NCBI GenBank assembly: GCA_965645245.1
Contig: OZ287074.1
Location: forward strand, 1,364,001 to 1,428,000
Source: Massalongia carnosa
Lineage: Eukaryota
Direction of reading: 5' to 3'
DNA length: 64,000 nt
The notes beneath the pieces were generated by a model. It had not been told where the DNA came from and ran no database searches. It worked only from the letters and a program-made list of their open reading frames with translations. Shown piece by piece: positions 12,085 to 23,419 of this stretch. Position 1 is the first letter of the stretch, and each line of letters opens with the position of its first letter. The translations under genes were made by a program, and so were the position numbers.

Positions 12085-13092
12085 ATGTCCACTCGAAGTC
12101 GCAACCAGTATCTCGACGCCGAGTCCAGTGATTCAGACCACACTTCCAGCTACGATTCCGCCGCCGTTGACGAAGCAACCTTCTCCCGCACCACCCAGCG
12201 CCCCTCCAAACGGCCAAAACTCCACAAACCCCGCTCCTCTTCCTCCTCCTCCCGCCCCCGGTCTAGCCCTAGCTGCCCAGAACCTAACGAAAACGAACCA
12301 CTACTCACCACAGCCACTTCACACCATGAGGCTAATCCTCCTCACCCACCATCCCCTATCCCTCCATCCCATTCCACCACCCAAAAACCAAGACACGCCG
12401 CCAACCCCGCACTCCCCAAACCTCACAAACCAGGTGTGATCTACCTCTCCCGAATCCCGCCCTACATGCGCCCACCGACCCTCCGCCGCCTCCTCACCCC
12501 TCACGGCGCCATCACCCGGCTCTTCCTCACGCCCGAAGCGCCTTCCACCCATCACAGACGCACCGCGCATGGCGGCAACAAAAAACGCTCTTTCACCGAC
12601 GGCTGGGTGGAATTTGCCCGCCGGCGCGACGCCAAGGCGTGCGCGGACGCGCTCAACGCAAGCACGATGGGGAAGGGCAGAGCCGGGGGGTGGTACGGCG
12701 AGGATGTGTGGAATTTACGATATCTGAAAGGGTTTGCGTGGGAGGATTTGATGGCGGGAGTGAGGGGGGAGGAGAGGGAGAGGGAGGAGAGGGTTCGGGT
12801 GGGGGTGGGAAGGGAGGGAAGGGAGCGGGGGGCGTTTTTGAGGGGGGTGGAGAGGGGGAAGGTGGAGGAGAGGAAGAGGGAGAGGGAGGAGAGGAGGGGA
12901 GGGAAGAAGACGGTTGAGAAGATGATGGAGGCGGGGGAGAAGGAGTTGGGGAGGATGAAAGGAATTGGGGGGAATACCGGGGGGGGGAGGAAAGGGGAGA
13001 CGCGATTTCGTCAGAGCGAGGCGAAGGGTGGGGGGAAGGCGGTGGTGGAGCAGCCCGAGGATGTGAAGAGGGTGTTGAGCAAGATTTTTTGA
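12085..13092 (+). CDS. ESF2: Pre-rRNA processing protein Esf2/ABT1 (RRM)
   Basis: PGVIYLSRIPPYM.P, GGNKKRSFTDGWVEF, DVWNLRYLKGFAWEDL and C-terminal VLSKIF. Confidence 0.92.
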   Translation: MSTRSRNQYLDAESSDSDHTSSYDSAAVDEATFSRTTQRPSKRPKLHKPRSSSSSSRPRSSPSCPEPNENEPLLTTATSHHEANPPHPPSPIPPSHSTTQKPRHAANPALPKPHKPGVIYLSRIPPYMRPPTLRRLLTPHGAITRLFLTPEAPSTHHRRTAHGGNKKRSFTDGWVEFARRRDAKACADALNASTMGKGRAGGWYGEDVWNLRYLKGFAWEDLMAGVRGEEREREERVRVGVGREGRERGAFLRGVERGKVEERKREREERRGGKKTVEKMMEAGEKELGRMKGIGGNTGGGRKGETRFRQSEAKGGGKAVVEQPEDVKRVLSKIF

Positions 13093-13332
13093 AAACGGGT
13101 TGTGCGGGATACAATCTTCTGATCCGGCAAGTCCAAATAAAGGGCTCCAAGAATGACGGATGGAAAGGGTCCCTGCGCTCGCTCACAACGCTTTGATACA
13201 ATGAAAAGGTCAATTGACCTGGCGCAAACAACAATCATCCCTCCTCCCCTCTCTCCCTGGAGATCAGACTTTTCGTGCCTGTTATCATACCAATTCAACC
13301 TCACCTTTCACTACCATCCTCTCCCAACTCTC

Positions 13333-15920
<2,588 letters not shown>

Positions 15921-16034
15921 CTTTATAGTCAGCAAAGTCCCAAAATGCGTTTCTAAGAGAGGAAATCAAGAGCGCGGTCTCGCATTCGATAACTAAGAAA
16001 GCTGACTCATCAGCCCTATGCTTGATGTCACTTC

Positions 16035-16200
16035 TTGCCTCAGTACCTCAGACGTGCGTGGCTCAATGAGCCGGCTAAGCCCCTCCGGGTTAGCCTATTT
16101 TCGCTAAGCCCCTTCGGGTTAGCGTCGCTGCTGACTAACATCAGTGCGATAGCACGTCTGAGCGCAAAACTCAAAATTACGGCCAGATCCGCGTAATAAA
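16035..16200 (+). repeat. Left TIR and structured subterminal region of the AcademH-like element
   Basis: Matches the reverse complement of 21951-22040 over 90 bp, and matches the MITE end at 49053 for about 165 bp (to CGTAATAAA). Confidence 0.93.
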
Positions 16201-16533
16201 AATTTTAGCAGTGCAATCATTCCTTTTATGGATTTAATACAATGATTAGGGTCGTATTAGTTTACCAGAGACTGTATTTTATACCAAAAACGCACCTCTC
16301 AAGATGGATGACTCGATAATCATGTGTTATAACTACTGTCAGGCTAAGAAAAGCGATGTGAAAGTCGATTAAGTGATAAATTGTTCGCTTTCGCTCAATT
16401 TTGAGGTTGATGAACTGATTATTTTCATGTGGCGCGATTACATTGAGTTACAAAGATCATGATGATATGAATAACGACGGCCAATCAATGGTATTGTATG
16501 ATTTATCTAGATTGAAGCTATCTGACGAAAGCC

Positions 16534-19211
16534 ATGGCTCTTGTCGGGGGCCCCTCCTCGCCACTTACCGACCTACGGACAAGTCCCTTGACTCCCGCCG
16601 GTGCGCTCAAGCGGCCCCACCCATCGCCGTCAGGCAGTAATGATAGCTCACCCTCTTCCTCCTCCCCTCCTGCCTTACCTGAAAAAAATGGAGGCGCGAA
16701 ACGCCACCGGCGGCGCATATCAGATTACGACAAGCTGGTTGAGGTGCTTAAATTTCTGAGCTCTCTAAATTGGTCGGTAAAAGATTTTTTATCAACACTT
16801 TGTAAGAATCGAGCCCGTCATAGTATGCGAAAGGCGCAAGGCCAGCTCTTCGATTTTGTCTATGTCGATATTGTGCGGCAAGAAGACTTTTCAAGCCTCA
16901 TTGGGCCTGGTAGAATATCCACTATCCTTCGCGAGAGAGGATGGGTTTGGGCCGCGGATGTGCTTCGTGAAAGAATCAAAGCTTTGGCAGATCACGCAGC
17001 CTTTGGCCCTTTCCAGCCGCCCTCTGCGACAGTCGAGTTTGGGACCTTGGAGGCTATTAAACTTGCTGCATCTGCCGCCAAGCAGTTGGCGCCACGATGG
17101 CTTGAGCTAATTGATAGTGTTTGTCGCGAGGCTCGCCCGCAGGAACCTCTCGATGTGACGTTGGATTCTCCCAGTGGCCGGCACACCGTTATATTGGCAA
17201 TGCTTTGTCACAAATTGCGACCAAATAAGGCGACCAATATTCAGTCCGTCTTAGGCCTTTATATTTATCAAGGTGGGGCGAGGCGGCGAGTTCTAGATAC
17301 ACTCTGTCATTTTGACCTGACGATGTCATATACTACCCTGCAGCGGCGCATGTTGTCCTTGATTAAGGAGGCCGAACGAAAGGTTCAGATGCTAGGACAA
17401 GGCTCAAACATGATCTTGACATACGATAACTTTGACTTCGCAGAAGGTAAACGAGGAGAGCGCACGGGGGATAATAGAGACGTCAGATCAATCACTACCG
17501 CTCTAATTTTCCAGGGGCAAGGATTCGATGCCGGCGCTTTGAGGCAGGATATGTGGCGCCCCGCCACGCATCTTTTATCAGCTGAAAGAATTGCGCGAAA
17601 GCTGGAGACTGGTGATCTCGAGATGCAGGTGAGTTCAATACAGGACGAGGTGTATATACCGCGCTCAATCGCTAATGCACCGCGTACCTAGATTCGTCTT
17701 CATCATCTAGAGTCAGCGATTCGAGCGCTTTATGGCCCAGAGATCGGCGACGTTCAACTTCCTTGGTCGACTGCAATGCCCGTGCTGAATAAGATGAAAA
17801 AATACAAGACCAATTACATTCCTATCAAACCAGTCATGAAGGATGAGAGCACAACATCTAATAATATTCAAATATTGGAGGATATATTTGTGCGACAGTT
17901 CAAGTTCAAGGAGGATGACTCGACGTTTGCGAGCGTCATTCGGCTTATCTATGGTGACCTCAAGACATGGTCGAGAATGCAATCTGTCAAGGAATTACGT
18001 CGTGGGATATCGGAGCAATCTTTCGATCGGTTCGACTGGATTTTACCGGGATTAGGGTTATGGCATCTTCGCTTTAACATGCTGCAGCTTATTCATAAAA
18101 TACATTGGGGAGAGGCCCAGCCGGTTGATCCTTCGACTCTTCAATATGCCGCCGATCGGTGGGGCCGCGCTCGTGTCGTGCAGCCGAACGATTTCCAGGC
18201 CTTAGAGGATCTGATCATTCAGAGCTATCAAGCTAGAATCGTTGGGACGTGGATTAGGTTTTTACGAAAGGATGGATATCTCCGCAGCGAATCGAAGCAA
18301 CTATTTCGTGGCTCACAGCGCAGACTTGCGGGCAGGATGGCACCTGGATGAATATGTTGGGCAGGATATCTCGCAAACTTCACGCGGAATTACCCTCAAC
18401 GTCAATAGATATGCTTCCTCCAACGCTTGATCAACAATTTCAGAATCATCAGAACTTCTGTGATCACGTTGAATCGTATCTAACACTTCGATACGCAATC
18501 AAATATGCGGATATTGGACTACTTCGTCACGCATTGCGCCACGCAACGGTGATCTTTCAGGCAAGCGTAGCTGGCACCCCGAAATATGCGCAAGCTCTTC
18601 TATACACCCTTCATGCGATTGATTCTTCCGCAGCGACCATAAGGCTACAGGAAAGTATTTTAATGAATAGTCTTGTCAATTTACGCGGTGACGAAGAGTC
18701 GAGTTTTGAGACTGATCGGCTTTTAGAGATACTAAACAATAACCTCAAGACGTTCCAGCACGAGCGATCTTATTTTTCAAAGTATAGTGACACCTTGCTC
18801 GAGAACTGGGCACTCAACGGTCCATATCTTATGAAGCTCAAAGAAATCGTTGAGTTTTACTTTGGAAGAGTCAACTCTTCAAGGCATCCAGCAAAATCGG
18901 CCGCAGAGGATGTGTGGGGCATGGCTACGGCACTAGCGCATAAATCACTCTGTAAAAGAAGCTATGATCGATTTTCAACTAATCCAACAGCTAATCTTTA
19001 TGTTGAGGGATTGAAGAAACTTGGAGAAAATGTATTAAAATACAATCAGCAGTATCTTTCCGAAGAAATTTCAAAAGAAATTTCAACAGACGACCTTGAG
19101 GGTAAGTATGAAGCCGAGCCCGATTTTGTCAATGAAACAAAGCAGGTCCCCGACAGCCCTGTCATTTCAATGGCCCGTCTCGAGATATCCGGCGGTATGT
19201 TTTTTGATTAA
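16534..19211 (+). pseudogene. DUF6589/Academ-type putative DDE transposase, about 870 aa if corrected; intron 17629-17691; one apparent -1 frameshift between 18258 and 18349
   Basis: Motifs typical of fungal DUF6589 proteins: LGLYIY..GA.RRV.DTL...LTMSYTT, LTYDNFDF, IYGDLKT, LGLWHLRFNML..IHKIHWG, LR.AIK.ADIG, KYA, NSLVN..G and ETD.LLE.LNN. The intron GTGAGT...GCTAAT...TAG joins ORF 16534 to ORF 17776 in frame. Confidence 0.8.
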
Positions 19212-19270
19212 ATCATCGATACCACGAGATAGCCTAGTCATGTAAATCCGCGCCGCGCGGCTTTACAGAG

Positions 19271-21446
19271 TCAGAGGTAGCGGACGGGGCACTTTCTTTC
19301 TTGTCTAGATCGTGTCGGAGGAAGGGCCATGGGTACATTCAGCGACAACGCTTCCATAGGATCTCGAGGCGCTTTTTTGGTCTTTGATGCCTTCATCGAT
19401 GATTTAAGAGCATCAACATTGTCAACAACGAGCGCCGCATCGGAGATATTGTGATTAGGCGCAGGATTCTCGCCCGATGGCTCCGTGCTCTCGCTTTCCT
19501 TCGAGACTTTCTTCTTGACCGCATTTCGCTTTTTAAAAACCTTTCTCGACATATATCCTTGTTTGATCATCCAGTTTTTCCTCCGTTCCTCAAATTCAAT
19601 ACTGGCGGAGTTGCATGTTAGGCTGGGTAATCGTTTTCTCTTTATGTCGTTGTGTCGTTTCCATTCCTCGAACATGTCTCCCTCGTCTAATCTCATTGCT
19701 TGACCCCGCTTTAAAATTTCTAAAAGCTCGGCGCCGTAGGGCCTAATACCAGTCCATGTGTTACCAATCCATCGCCGCATGGTGGGCTCGTCCACAATCT
19801 GATCCGCCCAAGTGGTCAAAGAATTCAGTACCTCATCGGGCATTATCAATGATGGGAAGTATCGCATATGTGAATTTGGGAACTTTTCCTGCGCCTTGGC
19901 CTCCCTCCATTCTCGAAGTTTAAGGGTGAACCAAGGCCGCCTAGACGAGTCACGCTCGGCCGTTCTATTTAACATCTCATTGGCGGCTGTTGATGTCTGA
20001 AAACTTGGATCGCAAATTGAACAGCAAGGTTGCGGCTTAACATAGGCCGACGTTGGATACACTTTATCATTGAAGAAATTCAAGCCAATACCTCGAACGC
20101 AACCATCTGAAGGCACATTGATTATCTCCCAAAGACCCGGTGGCATATCTCGTCGCCGATCAGCATCCTTTTGATTGATGCGGCGTTTACTGGCCTTGGA
20201 TTCAATCTCGATTCCCGCGTCATATCCGTCCTGTTCGTCCATTTTTGATCCGCTTCTTGGACCCATGCACCAAGAAGGATGCAAAAGAGTAAAATGCGCC
20301 TGTCCTCGACCGCAACGCAAAGCACGACCTAAACGTTGGTATAGCTTCGCCATTGACGAGGGTAGCAGCCATTGCGTAACTCTCATAACGTCTGGATTAT
20401 CAATACCAAGCCCGTATGCATCCGTTGCGATCAGGATTCGAGGAAATTTACATTGATTCGAGGGCATTTCGAAGCGAGCCGCAATCCTTTCTTTGTCTTG
20501 GGTGGCCATGTCGGAAAAGAAAGGCGCGACCCAACTAGCAGCCTCAATTGGATAGGACAATTGATTCATCCATACTTTCATTAGCGCACACGCCTTTTTG
20601 ATAGATGAAATTGAATCCATGAAGATAATCGTTTTCGGAATATCAAAAGGACTCTCAGCCCGTGTTGGTAAAAGATGTTGAAGATCGATCATGCTGTTCA
20701 TAGGCCGCTGTAGACTGCTTGTCTGTATGTATATCTCTGGACGATCAAGCGCTGTTTGAATAACAGTACTTTCGTTATCAAAGCCACAGCGATCTTTAAC
20801 GCTCTCTAGGGTTCTTGGATCCAGCGTTGCAGACGCACCCAGAAAAGGAATACCATCTGGTAATCGTGTACGAAGCACACCGAGATTGAAGTATTCGGGC
20901 CGGAAATCTCGCCATTCGGATACAAGATGCATCTCATCAAGAGCTAAAAGACATAAATTCAAGAAGAAACTTGGATGCCTCAGAACCTCCTGATTAAACA
21001 GCTTTGACGTCGCTATCTCTGGGCTAGTAAAAACTATTCATATTAACGAGTAAGTTTTTATATTTATCTCAATCATAATTTGAATACACACCATGCGTAT
21101 AATTGTTTTCACGAATTAACTTTAAATTAGAAGAATTATTACTATCACCGTCCAACACGAAAGGCTTGCATCCCTCGATAACGCTCAATTTCTTGCACTG
21201 TTGAGCTTCTAAGGTCTTGAGAGGCATGATAATTAAAGCGATCTTAAGACAAGAGAACATTAATGGCATAGCTTGAAAGATAATACTCTTTCCAAATCCA
21301 GTCTTGGCGATAAATATCAGATCCTTTTGATCTTGTGCTAAAGTCATGATAGCGTCAACTTGCTCATTCTTTGGATAAAAGCCGAATTTACTTAAAATCA
21401 CGGTCGTCACCTGCTCGCGAGTTATCGACGCTATAGGATCGTCCAT
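19271..21446 (-). CDS. Transposon-encoded RecQ-like SF2 helicase (about 705 aa; intron 21034-21091)
   Basis: Walker A AKTGFGKS, splice-restored VFTSPEIA, DEMH plus aromatic loop WRDFRPEY, motif III SATL, motif V ATDAYGLGID, motif VI QRLGRALR, Cys cluster C..R...PCCSICDP, and an HRDC-like LREWRE...IMPDEVL segment. Confidence 0.92.
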
Positions 21447-21879
21447 TTCGATGTGTTCGCGAGCGATATTCGACGATTCGCGAGTTGGATTCTTAGCCCG
21501 CAAAACGCACATCAAGCAAGTTCATCACATTCAACGATTTTAGGCTTTCGAAAACAACGCTCGGAGGATCAGATTAATGATCAGAAGCGCCGACAATGAA
21601 AAACTGGAGCTAGTGACCCGTTGAGTCTGCTGTGGTGGTGTCGAAATTTCGAGTCAAAGTCGAGTCCTCGTCGCGAGATCGATATTGCGACTCAATTTTG
21701 CATCGATATGTAATTAAAATATTGATTAATCGATAGAATGTATATCAAAGCATCATTTCTATTATTACATAATTTATGAAATGTCGTTGCGCGTTGTTGA
21801 TTCCGCCGTCAGCTTGATTCTTGATGATTTTTGAGGTTAAGCCAAAAATTTGTATGAGCGCGCACCAAAATAAGCCGGA

Positions 21880-22040
21880 TCTGACAAAAATACAGAGTTT
21901 TGCGCTCAGACGTGCCGCCCGTAGCATGCGTAGTCAGTCAGCTAAAGGGCCGCTAACCCGAAGGGGCTTAGCGAAAATAGGCTAACCCGGAGGGGCTTAG
22001 CCGGCTCATAGAGCCACGCACGTCTGAGGTACTGAGGCAA
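21880..22040 (-). repeat. Right TIR and structured subterminal region of the AcademH-like element
   Basis: Reverse complement of the left end over 90 bp, followed by a divergent arm and the conserved GCACGTCTGAGCGCAAAACTC block. Confidence 0.93.
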
Positions 22041-22062
22041 GTCACTTCTGAAGCAAGACGAC

Positions 22063-22447
22063 ATGAGATATGAAAGTATGGCCACAATGAGTCGTAGGCT
22101 TCGATTGGTACAGCCACTAAGGAGCGATTTTAAGTTCAAGTTCAGCAGACACGCTACTTCATCGACTACAGCCGAGCAAGCACCTAAATCATCATCCACA
22201 GTATGACTTGCCACCAAGCAGCAATCACACTCTTCCCTGACCACCACAGACTAAAGATATCCATCAACCTAAGGAAAAGGACAAATTTGCTAGGCCAAAG
22301 AAGACGATAGCAGAACTAGACGAAGAACTTCGGCTGAAGCTCGAGGGGGTATCTGGAGAGGGAGGTGAGGCGGGGTTGGAACTGGAGGATGGCAAGCCGG
22401 CGGCTATGAAGAGAGGAGTGAAAACCAATATGTTTCGTGTGATATAG
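22063..22447 (+). CDS. Small (about 111 aa) two-exon protein, possibly mitochondrial; absent from the ORF track
   Basis: Exon 1 (22063-22200) is Arg/Ser/Thr-rich like a presequence. Intron GTATGA...CTGAC...CAG at 22201-22249. Exon 2 reads KKTIAELDEELRLKLEGVSGEGGEAGLELEDGKPAAMKRGVKTNMFRVI*, resembling an uncharacterised conserved fungal C-terminus. Confidence 0.75.
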
Positions 22448-23419
22448 GAGGAGATTTTAGCACATATACGATGGATAATCGGTGAGAAAACGCGATTTCT
22501 GGATATTACATGTTGACTGGATGTCTATATTCTGACTCTGAAATAGCACCCTCAATACTCTGTTAAGAAAGCAAAAAATATATTTTTTCATATGCGACTG
22601 CGTGTCCACATCTTCACTGCCAAACAGTATCTTCGAGTGTCAGTCTAACAGGCACAAAATGATGTTTAATATCCAGCATAGGTTGATTTTAAATGCTTTC
22701 ATATTTTATCTACTTGGCCACATGTCTCCTACTCCATCTACCAACCTCTCCAATTGTTGACTCAATGATACTTCGACTTCTTCCTTTATCAGCTTCTCCT
22801 TTACTCGATTTAGTTACGTGTTTACTTTCCCTTCTAGCATGGCCAGTGCTATATATCTTGCCTTAGCATTCATGCCTCAACCAGTATCACAACTAGGGTA
22901 CCTGTTTACAGTTTAAACGGCAGTAAACAACAATCTCGTCAAACTCCAGAACCCCCTGTTCTAGATACCTATTTATTCTACCTAGAAGTGAATAGAGCGG
23001 TAGGAAGTGATCCATGGGGATGTCCTTCGGTTCTAGCTCCGTCGTTCTGATGTACGCTAGAATTTCCTTTTGACTTCATGTACTCGGAAGCGGCCTAGAT
23101 CTTCCCGCAAAGTTGTACTGGCGTAGCCTCCTGTGCCGCGACATTTTATGTTGCCTTTGTGGCCATTCTGCTCTAGCTGGGTGGTAAATGAAAGGGAAAA
23201 TGGGACGAAGGGAAGGTAGGCCTTGAAGACTCCATTGATACCTAGATAGCTAAACCATTTCGTTCTTACAGTGCAGCAATATTGTCCCGCCGCTCGGGAC
23301 TGATTGTTTGAAATTTTGGTACAGTTGCTTGAGATTCGCTCCATCTAACTAAATGGAGAGCCTTCTCTCATACCTGCAGGTTTGCTCGCTGTTACACGAG
23401 GTAGCACGGTAAGTAGGTA

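Larger units (their letters stand above)
16035..22040 (+). mobile_element. Full-length 6,006-bp TIR DNA transposon encoding a DUF6589-type transposase and a RecQ-like helicase (AcademH-like)
   Basis: Termini are TTGCCTCAGTACCTCAGACGTGC and its reverse complement. The 90-bp TIRs are 89/90 identical, with a further inner block GCACGTCTGAGCGCAAAACTC. Flanking duplication GTCACTTC at 16027-16034 and 22041-22048. Two convergent internal genes. Confidence 0.93.

Noticed and set aside
16073..16124. Repeated palindromic units resembling CRISPR or REP repeats
   Set aside because: Only two units per end, no unique spacers, located inside transposon TIRs in a eukaryotic genome.
16130..16140. Branch-point-like CTGACTAAC in the TIR, suggesting an introner-type element
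   Set aside because: The termini carry no GT/AG splice sites and none of the four insertions lies in a coding exon.
19271..21446. Host SGS1/RecQ gene or a Helitron helicase
   Set aside because: It lies within TIRs and a TSD, lacks the long Sgs1 N-terminus, and is SF2 RecQ-like rather than Pif1 with an HUH Rep domain.
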